NCBI RefSeq assembly: GCF_006345805.1
Contig: NW_021834901.1
Location: 4,902 to 68,901, forward strand
Direction of reading: 5' to 3'
DNA: 64,000 nt
Source of the DNA: Octopus sinensis
Taxonomy: Eukaryota
A program made the translations under genes and the position numbers. The notes below the pieces were generated by a model. The model was not told the origin of the DNA, searched no databases, and saw only the letters and a list, made by a program, of their open reading frames with translations. Within the stretch, counting starts at the first letter, position 1. Each line of letters opens with the position of its first letter. Of this stretch, positions 10,521-24,938 are shown in pieces.

Positions 10521-13462
10521 CATCGTCGTTACTTTCTGCAGTTTTATTCCTCGATAGATTTGGCCATTTTTCTATAGAGAATATATTTTGTCTTTAATTA
10601 CAATATGCTAATTACTGTCACCGTCTTTGAGCAGAACAAGATGAAGATCTCACTCAATAAAGGAACTGATTCTGAGTCATCACATTTGAAAGTTATCCTT
10701 TTGGTTTCAGAGAGTCAGTGATAGAGTTCTCTTTTCTCTGTTATTTCAAAACGTCGTTTTTATAAATAAGTCTATTGTTACAAATTAAATTTAAATTTGA
10801 ATATGTTCCTCTTAGTTTACATAATCAGTGACTTATTGTTTTGTACAACTTTCAGGAAGAAAGATCATGTTTATTATATTTTTGTTGTGTTTTTACATCA
10901 CATATAATATTTGAATATTCGTTCATTCCACGTTTTTGGAGCTAAAAATTAGTAAGATATGTCAGCAATTTATTCAAAATTATTTTATATAAAGGATGAT
11001 ACCATATAATTTGTTTCTAAACCAATAATTTCTAATAGTAATTGCTTATCAATTTCTGAAATAAATTTGAAGTAATTTAAATAATTTTATGTTAAATTTC
11101 AAAATAATCAGGTCTGTTCACTCGTATCACGTAAGAATCCAATAACAATTGGACAATACTTACTTATTTTTCGAATTATCTCTCTCTCTCTCTTTCTCTC
11201 TTTCTTTCTTTTTTCTTTCCCTCTCTCCCTGTTCCACACTTTCTTTTCTCTCTCTTTTTCTCTCCTTCTGTCTTTCTGTTCTTCTCTCTCTCTTTGTGCT
11301 GCTATTTTTAGTGTGCTGGTGCTGCTTGTAGGACCTTTAATTATTAATTAATGATGCTTTACCTTATGGGATTTTTTACGCATGCTTGCCAGTTGATATT
11401 ATTGTAAGCAATAATATCCATATATATATATATATAAATATATATGCACTTATACACAGGTGTGTATGATTGTGTATAGAAGAATATTCCAACTTTGATT
11501 TTCATGATTTATTTACAATCTTATAATAATATATGATAAGATAAGATAACATAATGAAGCGATAGAATATCAAATATCCACTCTGATTGAACTAGTACTT
11601 TCATGCATTCTTCAAGTTGTATAAAAATAGTTATTGTCTGCATCATTCCAAAGAGAAATAAAGTCTCCATAAAGTGTAAAACATAGAAATAATTTGTAAG
11701 GTGTTAGTAACAAAATATTTTGTTAGAAATAGGACTATTATCATCGGTCTTAAATTTAATTTCGCCTGTGTAGATATGTGTGTGTATAAATATTAATTTT
11801 AAATCTTTACAGGAAAGTAGCAAAAATTGATTTACATTTACAATGCCGGTTTCAAATATGACTTCAGTTTTAATTTTTTACAGAAATTAGAAAAGGTTTA
11901 TCCACTTATCTGAATATTCTATTACCTCATGAAAGTTTATTGTCTCATTTTGCGGCTTGTATCGGATAAGAATACTGACCGAAGTACACATTTTTTATAA
12001 CCCGTTATGTGTTTTTTTAACGGCAGTGTCAGTATTTTCTGTCGATGTATGTTATTCGCTGTACTTTAATATCCGGAAAATAAATCCATTTTCCAGAAAT
12101 TCACCATTCCTACACGACGCAAAGCAATATGAGATGAGGTGTTTTGCTTAAGAACGCAATACAATTCCCTTTACGGGATTCGAAACCGCGATCTCGCTAT
12201 CGCGAATGTAGCACAGTTAACATCGTGGTCATACGCCTTGGACACCAGTTATATTATTAAACATGTTATATGACATAGAGGTGACAGCATCCCAGAAATC
12301 CTTCTTATTTACTGGGCGTTTTCCCGAAGCAACACCCACTGAATTTTCATGGATCCCGAGAAAGATCTGAGCGTTACTCCTAAGAGATGTCTCTTGTCAG
12401 CTAACGATATGGCGTTGTATCATGTAATGATAGAAAGTCTGACGCAGAAAATTGCGTTGTTTGATGTGGTGATACAAAGTCTGAGAACGAGGCCAATTTT
12501 AGGTACATATCTTTGTTTGATTTTTGTGTGTTTTACTTAGGGTGTTGTTGTCGACGTTGTTGTTTGCCCTGACTGATCGTAATTTTGCACAAAGGCATTC
12601 CAATTATACCCTACTAATTATTTTTATTCAAACATTAGCAACCATTTCCTCCATTGTCTAAAATAAGAGTGTGTGATTGGAAAGAGATTTCGCAGGTATC
12701 TCCAGGTGTTTGATGGAAAACATTGTAAACATATCTGCGCCACAAGCCAATGTTTCCTGATTGAGTAAGCTATGGTCAGAGGACATCCAGTCGTCATCTT
12801 CCCATCCATTTAGTTATATAGCATTGTCTCCGGTCTCTAGGTGAGCAGGGTTTTCCCTGAATTCAATTGCAACCAAAAACCCATAGGACACTTGTGGGTA
12901 TACCACTAAATACATGCTTCCAATTCCTCAGATCTGAATGCTTCGCCACCTTCCCATCCCCGCAGGACTTTCAAATGAAAAAAATAAGTTGTACAGTTAA
13001 AAAGTATAGAGGTTAAATTAAAAAGATAATATTAAACAAGAATATCCAAGCAAAATAGTCGGCAATGTCTGTACACAATGCCTGTACACAAATTTACAAA
13101 TTGCTTTGCAGCGTTTCTGTCGGCTATTCGCGTTCTGAGTTCCTTTCCCGCTGAAGTCCCCTTTGCGTTTCATTTCTCAGAGGTGCTGAAGTCCAATTAG
13201 TCGACTGACCACTTCCCCCACAATAACACAACCACTGGCATTCTACCTAAGCCAGAGACAACATTATATGAGCGGCAATCTAGGATTTCAGGACAAAGAA
13301 TTGCTACGCGGTGTCATATGTAATCATGTATGGTTATATAAAGATGCAGAAAGACATATACATACACAAACACACACAAATATATTTGCGTGTATGTGTG
13401 TGTGTGTAAGTGTACCTGTGTGTGCTTGTGTATGTGACTGTGTGCAATTATGTACGTTTGTT

Positions 13463-13510
<48 letters not shown>

Positions 13511-14584
13511 CGTAGAGCCCTGTGAGTGGATTTGGTAGACAGAAACTATATGTATATATATGTGTGTGTGTGTCTATATGTTTCTATGTGTCATTTTATT
13601 GTTCACTTTTGCCGATCCGCTATGTTAAGGGGAGCGAAATAAAACCATGCTGCCAAGCTGTGAATGGAGAATAAACATAGACACACATACGTTTGAATGT
13701 GTTATTTTATTGCTCACTTTTGCCGATCCGCGATGTTAAGGGTGATGTTATGGTTGCTTGGAACCAAATGCTCACCGCCAAATTATCGTCAGAAATTAAA
13801 TACGTTTTATCCACTTATCTGAATATTCTATTGCCTCATATAAGTTTTTTGTCTCATCAGAAGCGTTCCGGTCGTGATCATCCCGTCGCTTTACTTATAT
13901 TGCAATGTGTGTTGTGTTCTTTCCGTGGTTAAGACGATAGGGTGTGAGACAATGGAATATCATAGTCTCAAATGCTTACGATAGGGCTGATAGCGCAAAT
14001 GTTCAAGTAATGGGCATTCATTAGTCCTGAAACCTATATCTACAATCATTATTGTAATACATCACATGATGTGGATGTTAATTTTCATAGATCTTTCCGA
14101 AATATAAGTCCGACCTTTCTATCAAGATGAAGCATCAATTTATTAAACGACATCTAGGACTGAATTATTCTGCAACTTGCAGAAGAATGAAAGTGATATT
14201 CTACGTGGTTTACTCTGCATGTGTGTTTAGTATATTGTAACTTTCATGTACATGGGTTATCTCAAGTACAACATACCCTCGAATATTTAGGGGCGTCCAG
14301 TTCACCCTGTGTAACTTGCCGAAGACTCACACAGCAGATGCAGGTACTAGAGGGTAAAGACGGTACTAATTCTCTAAGTTGTTCACTTGAGCATCCGCAT
14401 ACCAATTTATTATTATTCCATATACACAAAACACTTTAGATTGTCTGAATACGTTTGTGTGTATATATATATATACTAATGTATATGTGGGCGTCTATGA
14501 GCATGTGTGTGTGTGAATACATGCACAAGTGTACGGCGTTCAAAATACACACACAGACACACACACACGCAGATACACACACAC

Positions 14585-14628
<44 letters not shown>

Positions 14629-14689
14629 TACGCATTCAGAGATCAACACACACATATAAAAAGTGTATTCGTTTCTTTAATTATTTTAC

Positions 14690-15170
14690 TTGTTTAAGTC
14701 ATTTGACTGCGTCCTTGCTGGAGTTCCACCTAAAAAGCCTTTAAGCCGAAGAACCGAATGTTTACCACTGGGCTTATTCTTGGTAAGCCTGGTACTAATT
14801 TTATTGATCGCTTTTGCCGAACAGCTATGTTAAAGCGGGCGTAAAAGACCTGCTGTCAAACTATGAACGCGTAACCAACATAGTCACACAGACACACACG
14901 CACACAAGTAAACACACACACACACACACTCATACATACACACACACGCGCGCGCGCCACACATACACTCACAGACACACTCACACACACATATGTATAT
15001 ATATATATATAACGGATTTCCTTCGGGTCCGTCTACTAAACCCACTCACAAGTCTTTGCTCGGCCCGAGGTTATAGTAGAAGACACTTTCCCAGGTTGCC
15101 AAGCAGGGAAACTACACATGGATCTATGTGCCTGCGGAACAAGTTCCTTACCAAAAAGCCACGCCTATGC
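14690..15170 (-). mobile_element. SINE family A, diverged copy (similar copies at ~15935-16400 and ~26180-26600)
   Basis: TTTACTTGTTTAAGTCATTTGACTGCG...GTAGAAGACACTTTCCC...GCCACGCCTATG layout as at 9455. Confidence 0.75.
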
Positions 15171-17579
15171 ATGTGTGTTTATGTAGAATTCTATAAACAG
15201 GATGAACAGGACAATCAAATGTTTAAATAATAGTTCTTACTTGCGTGTAACAACGTTATGGTTGCTTGGAACAAAATGCTCACCGACAAATGACTGTCAG
15301 GAACAACGTTATTCTATTAAGTTGCATAGTAATAGAAAGATAAAAAGAAGAAAATATAAATCATATATTTGTGTCTGTGTATATATAAATACATTTTAAA
15401 TTTTAAAAGAAATGTAACAAAAATTGATTTATCTATTCGCATTCTGAGTTCCTTTCCTGTCGAATTCCCCTTTGCCTTTCATTTCTCAGAGGTGCTGAAT
15501 TGCAGTTAGTCGACTGTCCACCTCTCCCACAAAACACAACCCCTGGCATTCTACCTAACCCAGAAACCACTTTATAAGCGGCAATCTAGGATTTTAGGAC
15601 GAAGAATTTCTACGCGGGGTCATATGTAATCATGTATGGTTATATAAAATGCATGAGGATATATATACATACACAAACACGCAAAAATATGTGTGTGTAT
15701 GTATGTTAGTTGGTATATATATATATATATATATCTTTATATACATATGTATATATGAATGTATATGTGAGCGTGTGTCTACATGTGTGTGTGTGAATAC
15801 ATGCACATGTATACGAGGCAAAACATTCACACACATACATATATATAGGTATATAAATACATATGTATATATTCATACGCATTTATATATATACACAGAC
15901 ATGCGCACACACATATATAAATGTGTATTCTTTTTCTTTAATTCTTTTACGTGTTGAAGTCATTTGCCCGCGGCCATGCTGGAGTGCCATATCAAAAGCC
16001 ATTAGGCCCAATAAATTGACATCAGAGATTATTCTTTGTAAGCCAAGTACTTATTTTATTGGCTGCTTTTGCCGAACCGCAATGTTAAGGAAGGGGCCTT
16101 AAAAAACCTGCTGTCGAATATGAATGGGTAACAAACATAGTTGCAAAGGCCAAACAAACACACACATACACAAACAAACAAACTCACACACACACACACA
16201 AACACATATATGCTTCAATATATATAGATTTATATATAACGCACTTCTTTCGGTTTCCGTCTACCAAATCCACTCGTAAGGCTTTGGTCGGTCTGAGGTT
16301 ATAGTAGAAGACACTTTCCCAAATTGCCATGCAGTGAAACTGAACCTGGAACTATCTGCTTGTGAAGCATGTTTCTTACCACACAGCCACGCCTATGCAT
16401 ATGTGTTTATGTAGAAGTCTATATATAGGATGAACAGGACAAAGAAATGTTTGAATAATAATTCTGAAGTGCATGTAACAACGTTATGGTTGCTTGGAAC
16501 CAAAATCTCACCGACAAATGATCGTCAGGAACAACTTAATAGTATTAATTTGCATAGTTATAGAAAGATAGAGAGAGAGGGAAAAATAAATCATATATAC
16601 ATGTGTGTGTAGATACAAATGTTAAATCTTAAAAGAAAAGTAACAAAAATTGATTTACCTTTATAGAGCCGGCCCCAAATATGACTTCGGTTTGAATTTT
16701 TGACAGAAATTAAATGTTTTATCCACTTATCGGAATATTCTATTGCCTCATATAAGTTTTTTGTCTCAACCTTCCAGGTGCTATCCGAAAAGCATACTGA
16801 ATGAAATACCCTGTTGTAATAATTCTCTAATTATTTTTAAAACGAGAGTGGCAGTATTTTTTCTTGATGTATGTGATTGGCTGAAATTCTTAATATCCGG
16901 AAAATAAATCCATTTTCCAGCTAGTCACCATTCCTACACGTCGAGTGTTGAAATGGTCGCTGTGCAACATAAGATGAATTGTACTGCGCACAAAACATCA
17001 CTCGTCCCAGGATCTCAAATCACGACCTTAATCACGATTTCATGTCCTCGACTACTATTATATTACCAAAACTTTATTTTTCATATGTCCTGACAACACC
17101 TACAGAATATTCTTATCTACTTGTCGCTTTTCTAAAACAAACGCCATAGTTTTTACCGATTATTGGGATGGCGATATCTGCTCAAAAATAGGACCTCATC
17201 GCTCTAGTTACTAAAATGGAAACCCGGCCAATTTTCCTCGTTTCGCAGAATATATTTCAGTTATTTGTAAAGAATGCTTGTTGTTCAATGATGACAAGAC
17301 TATGATCAGAGGCGTTTCGGCCATGATCGTGCCGTTGATTTACTTACATCGCAATGTGTGTTGTGTTCTTTCCGTGGTTAAGACGAGGTGGGTGGGACAA
17401 TGGAATATCATTGTCTCAAATGCTTACGATAGGGCTGATAGCGCAAACGTTCAAGTAATGGACAATCATTAGTCCTGAAACCTACACCTGCAATCATTAT
17501 TGTAATACATCACATGATGTGGATGTTAATTTTCATAGATCTCTCCGAAATATAAGTCCGACATTACAATTAATTTTTG

Positions 17580-18830
17580 CTTAGAAACTCTGTCTCCCTT
17601 TTCAGCTTCCTTTCAGCAACCATAACCATGTCTCAATATTACTATTTCCTGCAACTATCTTTGCCAATCGACATTGCCATACATTCTCTTGTCAGTTAGA
17701 TTATCTTCCTACTTTTTTTATTGTTTTAATTTCATTTGGCTTTTTCCTTTCCTATCTCCTACTATAACTCAGGCAAATCATAAATTTTATTCATTATTAT
17801 ATATATCAACTCTAGCTAACTCTACCCTACTTTCTGCTGATATTAAACCGCTTCCACCTTCGTTATTCTAAGTAAGTGCAATCTTGCTCTTCCTAATCGA
17901 GGCTGAAGTCCTCTATTCATATTGAATTCCTTCCTAGTTCTTCTGTCTAGATTTGCTAATTCAGATCTTTTCCAATCAACAAATTCTGCTGAATACCGAA
18001 GTAACGACACTTCCCAAAGTTTTTACAACCTTTACTAGATTTAGAACCCTTCGCTTTCCCTTCATTAGCTTCTTCAACCTTCCGATGTACTCCTTAGCTA
18101 TTTTTGTTTTCATTTCCATTGTTAGTACACTCTCAGATTCTAATACTCCGAAGCACTTATGATTCTCTGCCTTCAGTGATATTACTTTCTTGCTATCTGG
18201 CCTTCACTGCTGACTCCCTTTTCTGTGTGAATTCATGTTAAAAGTCTCTACATTGGGAATTTGCCTGGTTTTTGTCTATTTTGGATTTTATGTAGTTAGT
18301 TATGAATGCCTGATCGTGTGCGGTTGCTTACAAACACTGTCTCCCTTTTCATTTTCCGTTCTGAAACCATATTAGTCTGTAAGTGTCCCTTGGCTATTCT
18401 TTCTGTACCCTTTCTGTTCCACTGGTGCTTTGTAATTTATTTCCAGGAAATCATACACCTAATTAGATATTATTCCTGTCATCAGCTTCCACATGAGGGG
18501 CAGACAGGTGATAGGCCGGTGATTATCCACTGCATTGCTTTGTTGGGATTATTTTGGCAAAGAATTGTTTGACTTTTGGTCAGCCTCTTTGGGATTTGTA
18601 CCCCGTTGTTGATCATTTTATATATTTGCTTGGCTATTCTTCTGTGTACTGCTGGGGGAAATTTTCAGCCAATATCCTTGTACGCTATCCGGTCCTGGGT
18701 ATTTCCAGTTTGGCGATTTAATCACTCTGGCCCACATTGGTAGTCAAATATACAATGAGGCGACAGGTGTTTATACATCTGCTTTTACTCGTCCTTAATT
18801 ACTAAACAATACTCTCCTCTCGCTCTCTTT
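17580..18830 (-). pseudogene. Decayed R4-type RT fragment, internally deleted
   Basis: Minus-strand remnants of [28 protein letters not shown] and downstream RT-thumb sequence; paralog of 26820-28570. Confidence 0.7.
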
Positions 18831-19454
18831 CCCTCTCTCCTCTAATAACTTAATTAAATTTAACTCTCTATAATTATCTACGATGACTATGCGAGAATTT
18901 GTATGTGGGTGTGTCTGTGCGTACAAACAGACATTTATCTGTCCATTTCTAAACTCATACGTATGGATGTGTATGTATGGCCGCGTAAGTGTGTGTATCT
19001 GACTGTGTGTATATCAATAGGAATATGCCACTGCATATGTGTCTGTGTGTGTCTGTGTGTATTTGCATATGTTAGTGCGTGTGTGTATGTGTATGTCTCT
19101 CTCTGTATGTATGTGTGGTATACATGCATCCTTTAACCCCAAGTCAAACACCCCTTCACTATATAGACTAATCTCTATATACTCTCATATATTTCTCATT
19201 CGCCCAATAATAGACTCTTCCAAGGCCATCCAAATCTGATTCACTTTCTATTCAAAGATGCAACTGTTAATTTCCATTATCCTTTGCCAGGGACTTTCCT
19301 GGAAACTTTACTAACTTTTTCACCGAACTTATTATTTATAAGACTTGTACTTATTCTATGAGTCTCCTTTGCTGAACCACTAATCTACATGGACGTAAAC
19401 TCACCAACATCGGTTGTAAAGCGATGGTGGTGGACAGACACAGACACAAAAACT

Positions 19455-19486
<32 letters not shown>

Positions 19487-19869
19487 ATACTTATATTATA
19501 AATTATAAAATGAATGTTCTTGAAAAAGGCTAAATGTTTTTCTTGCTCCTAATCTGTTATAATTTATGTCCCTCCGCTCAATGATCAACACACCTTAAAC
19601 CCATGATACCCAATTCTGCACCACATTTTTCTGTTCAAGCCGGTGTTTTAGTGGTAAACCAAACTGAGCAGTCACACTACATACGACCTTTTACATGATT
19701 TTCTATTGTATCAACGCTAAGGTATAATATATACTTTTATGTGGCTTTGGGGAGTGGCATGAACGGATTTCTTCTATTTGTATGTATTTCAATTTCTCGT
19801 GTAACGAACAATTCCTTTAACGAACATGGCTCGGAAAGGATTATGTGTATATATAGAGATGGCACTGGT

Positions 19870-20600
19870 TTGAGAAGTTTTGAGTCGAACTAATTGACCT
19901 CTGTACTTAATTTTTTAAGCCTTGTACTTATTTTATTGGAGTATATTGGTGAACCGCTAAGTTACCGGAACGTAAACACACCAACACAGGTCATCAAGCG
20001 GTGGGACAAACACTGACACAAAGACACACACACTGATACATACAGACAGACATATATAGACATAGAAGTGGCCGTAGAGTATGAAACACATGGTTCCGGG
20101 TTCAGTCCCGTTGCGAGACATTTTGGCTGAGTGTCTTCTACTATAGCCAAGGGCCGACCATAGTCTTGTGAGTGGATTTCATAGATGGAAACTCAAATAA
20201 GCCCGTCGTATGTGTGTGTGTGTATTTGTGTGTCTATATTTGTCCCTCCACCATCATTTGACAACCGATGTTGGTGTGCTTACGTCCCTGTAACATAGCG
20301 GTTCTGGAAAAGAAACTGATAGAATAAGTACTAGGATTACAAAGGTTAAGTCCTAGGGTCGATTTGTTCGACTAAAGGCGGAGCTCCAACATGGCCGCAG
20401 TCAAATGACTGAAACAAGTAAAAGAATAGTCACGATAGGCTTCTTTCCGTTTCCATCTACCAAATCCACATATGAAGATTTTGAGAGTCCAATGGCTACA
20501 GTAGAAGACATTTATGTAGCGTGCCACGCAGTGGAACTGAACCCGAATCCAAATTTGGAAGCAAGCGTCTTACCACACAGCCGCGCCTAAACATGCCCCC
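19870..20600. mobile_element. Cluster of SINE family A pieces in both orientations (paralog ~29105-29430)
   Basis: Minus 3' half at ~19870-20010, plus-strand copy at ~20061-20430, minus head at ~20430-20590. Confidence 0.7.
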
Positions 20601-21002
20601 CTACACAGATTCAATCCAAGGAAACACGCATAAAGATGAAACACTCTCCAAGCCGTTCACTTTATAATTTGTTAAAACCATTAACATGGTGTCCATTAGT
20701 GAGTGATGCTGTGTTTTGTTTTATTTCTCCTACACATTGATTCCAAATTTTGGCACAACACCAGCAATTTCAGGGGAGGAGTAAGTTGATTACATCGACC
20801 CCAGTATATAACTGATATTCATTTCATCGACCCCGAAAGGATAAAAGGCAAAGACAACCTCGGCGGAATATTTCTACTTAATATTTAATATTATTACGTT
20901 CATGCATTTTTGAAATTGGGTGTTAAAACAGAAATTCTTCTATTTGGAGATGGTCGTCTGTTGCCAATGAAACACGCGCAATATATATTTGATATTCACT
21001 TT

Positions 21003-21024
<22 letters not shown>

Positions 21025-21033
<9 letters not shown>

Positions 21034-21670
21034 GTACGCCGGGCGAAACGTTTAGAAGTATTTCGTCTGCGGTTACGTTCTGAGTTCAAATTCCACCGAG
21101 TCCAAATTCCACCGAGGTCGATATTGCCTTTCATCCTTTTGTAGTCGATTAAATAAGTACCAGTTACGCACTGGAGGCGATATAATCGACTTAATCAGCG
21201 TGTCTGTCCTTGTTTGTCCTCTCTGTGTTTAGCCCCTTGTGGGTAGTAAAGAGATAAGTATTTCGTCTCTCACTACATTCTGAGTTCAAATTCCGCTTAG
21301 ATCGACTTTGCCCTTCATCCTTTCGGAGACGATAAATTAAGTACCAGTTACACACTGGGATCGATGTAATGGACTTGTCCTTGTGCTTCCAGTAGACAGG
21401 ATAATAATAATAATAATAATAATAATTATTATTATTATTATTATTATTATTTGAGGTTTAGCTGGCAGAATCGTTAGCACGCCGGGCAAAATGCTTGGTA
21501 GTATTTCATCCATCATTAGTTTCTGAGTTCAAATCCCCCGAGGTCAACTTCACATTTCAACATTTCGAGGTCTATAAATTAAATACCAGTTGAGTACTAG
21601 GGGCTATGTAATCGACTAACTCCCCCCATCCAAGAATATGTCAGGCTTTGTGCTTATAGTAGGAACGACT
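21025..21670 (+). mobile_element. Tandem SINE family C copies with (AAT/ATT)n linkers (paralog ~29885-30170)
   Basis: Repeated TTCTGAGTTCAAAT...GCC(T/C)TTCATCC...AAGTACCAGTT blocks matching 2094-2327. Confidence 0.8.
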
Positions 21671-21677
21671 ATTATTA

Positions 21678-21726
<49 letters not shown>

Positions 21727-22009
21727 CATTATTATTATTATTATTACTATTAGTATAAATTCTTTCGTCTCACATACTGTGATCTCCTCAGCGACTCTCT
21801 GCTACGCCTTTTTCTTCTTATCCTGCTTATTCTGTATTAAAATTTATATTAAATGTCTACTTTTCTACTGTTTGTCAAGTGGTTTGTTTATCAAATAATT
21901 TATACTCGGAACAATTGTACAAACGGAATTTCCCACTTGGTGCAGCAGCTATATTTTAGTAATTGTTTGAATGAATACACGCACATACACAACTCACTTA
22001 TATGTTTGT

Positions 22010-22029
<20 letters not shown>

Positions 22030-22085
<56 letters not shown>

Positions 22086-22208
22086 GTGTGTGTGTGTGTG
22101 TGTGTGTGTATGTATATATATATAAGCATAGTAGAAATATGTTAAAGAAAGAAAATATAAAATACACGTGGAAATGTAAGGATAAAGATGATATATGTAT
22201 ATGTATAA

Positions 22209-22282
<74 letters not shown>

Positions 22283-22531
22283 CTTTTAGTGGGGGGCAAC
22301 CAGATCGAACCTTCCCAAGGTTACTGCCCGAGATGGTCGTGACTTGTGTGGGACTTGACTGAGGAAAGAGAGCGTTATTTTTTTACCATTTATATAAGTA
22401 TGTATGTGGTGTGTGTGTGTGTGTGTGTATGTGTGTGTGTGTATGTGTGTGTGTGAGTATGTGTGTGTGTGTGTTTCAATCTATGTATTGAAGTTTCTGT
22501 TTGTTTATCTGTCTAATTATTTTTCGAATTG

Positions 22532-22565
<34 letters not shown>

Positions 22566-24886
22566 CTTTCCCTCTCTCTTGTTCCACACTTTCATTTTCT
22601 CTCTCTTTTCTCTCTTTTACTTTCTCTCTTACTCTCTCTCTCTCTCTCTCTCCGTAATGCTATTTTTAGTGTGCTGGTGCTGCTTGTAGGAACTTTAATC
22701 ATTAATTAATGATGCCTTACCTTATGGCATTTTTTACGCATGCTTGCCACTTGATAATATTTAAGCAATAATATCTTATATATACATATATATATAGTAT
22801 ATATACATATATATATATATATATAATATATTATATATATATATATATGCATTATATACACAGGTATGTATGATTGTGTATAGGAGAATATATTACTGAA
22901 AGAAATTCCAACTTTGATTTTCATGATTTATTTACAATCCTATAATAATATATGATAAGATAAGATAACATAATGAAGCGATAGAATATCAAATATCCAC
23001 TCTGATTGAACTAGTACTTTCATGCATTCTTCAAGTTGTATAAAAATAGTTATTGTCTGCATCATTCCAAAGAGAAATAAAGTCTCCATAAAGTGTAAAA
23101 GTTAGAAATAATTTGTATGGTGTTAGTAACAAAAATATTTTTTTAGAAATAGGATTATTATCATCGGTCTTAAATTTAATCTCGCCAGTGTAGATATGTG
23201 TGTGTATAAATATCAATTTTAAATATTTACAGGAAAGTAGCAAAAATTGATTTACATTTACAATGCCGGTTTCAAATATGACTTCAGTATTAATTTTTTA
23301 CAGAAATTAGAAAAGGTTTATCCACTTATCTGAATATTCTATTACCTCATGAAAGTTTATTGTCTCATTTTGCGGCTTGTATCGGATAAGAATACTGACC
23401 GAAGTACACATTTGTTATAACCCGTTATGTGTTTTTTTAACGGCAGTGTCAGTATTTTCTGTCGATGTATGTTATTCGCTGTACTTTAATATCCGGAAAA
23501 TAAATCCATTTTCCAGAAATTCACCATTTCTACACGACGCAAAGTAATATAAGATGAGGTGATTTGCTTAAGAACGCAATACAATTCCCTTTACGGGGAT
23601 TGAAACCGGGATCTCGCTATCGCGAATGTAACACCGTTAACAGCGTGGTCATTCGCCTTGGACACCAATTATATTATTTAACATGTTATATGACATAGGT
23701 GGGACAGCATCCCAGAATCCTTCTTATCTACTAGGCGTTTTCCCGAAGCAACACCCACTGAGTTACATGGATCCCGAGGAAAATCTGAGCGTTACTCCTA
23801 AGTGATGTCTCTTGTCAGCTAACGATATGGCGTTGTATCATGTAATGATGAAGAAGTCTGACGCAGAAAATTGCGTTGTTGATGTGGTGATACAGTCTGA
23901 GAACGAGGCCAATTTTAGGTACCTATCTTTGTTTGTTTTTTTGTTGTTTACTTAGGGTGTTGTTGTCGACGTTGTTGTTTGCCCTGACTGATCGTAATTT
24001 TGCACAAAGGCATTCCAATTATACCCTACTATTATTTTTATTCAAACATTAGCAACCATGTCCTCCATTGTCTAAAATAAGAGTGTGTGATTGGAAAGAG
24101 ATTTCGCAGGTATCTCAAGGTGTTTGATGGAAAACATTGTAAACATATCTGCGTCACAAGCCAATGTTTCCTGATTGAGTAAAGCTATGGTCAGAGGACA
24201 TCCAGTCGTCATCTTCACACCATTTAGTTATATAGCATTGTCTCCGGTCTCTAGGTGAGCAGGATTTTCCATGAATTCAACTGCTTCAGCACACATGCAA
24301 CCAAAACCCATAGGGCACTTGTGTGTAGACTACTAAATACATGCTTCCACCACCTCAGATCTGAATGCTTCGCCATCTTCCCATCCCCGCCAGGACTTTC
24401 GAATGAAAAATAAGTTGTACAGTTTAAAAGTATAGAGCTTAAATTAAAAAGATAATATTAAACAAGAATATCCAAGCAACATAGTCGGCAATGCCTGTAC
24501 ACAATGCCTGTACACAAATTTACAAATTGCTTTGCAGCGCTTCTGTCGGCTATTCGCGTTCTGAGTTCCTTTCCCGCCGAAGTCCCCTTTGCATTTCATT
24601 TCTCAGAGGAGCTGAAGTCCAATTAGTCGACTGACCACTTCCCCCACAAAACAACAACCACTGGCATTCTACCTAAGCCAGAGTAAACATTATATGAGCG
24701 GCAATCTAGGATTTCAGGACAAAGAATTGCTACGCGGTGTTATATGTAATCATGTCTGGTTATATAAAAATGCATCGGGATATATATACATACACAAACA
24801 CGAACAAATATATGTGCGTGTATGTGTGTGTGTGTAAGTGTACCTGTGTGTGTATGTGAATGTGAATGTGTGCAAATATGTACGTT

Positions 24887-24938
<52 letters not shown>

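Larger units (their letters stand above)
11165..21760 (+). repeat. Segmental duplication, copy 2
   Basis: Collinear with 22515-30250 apart from indels, and with 470-2870; ends in an (ATT)n run paralogous to 30180-30249. Confidence 0.88.
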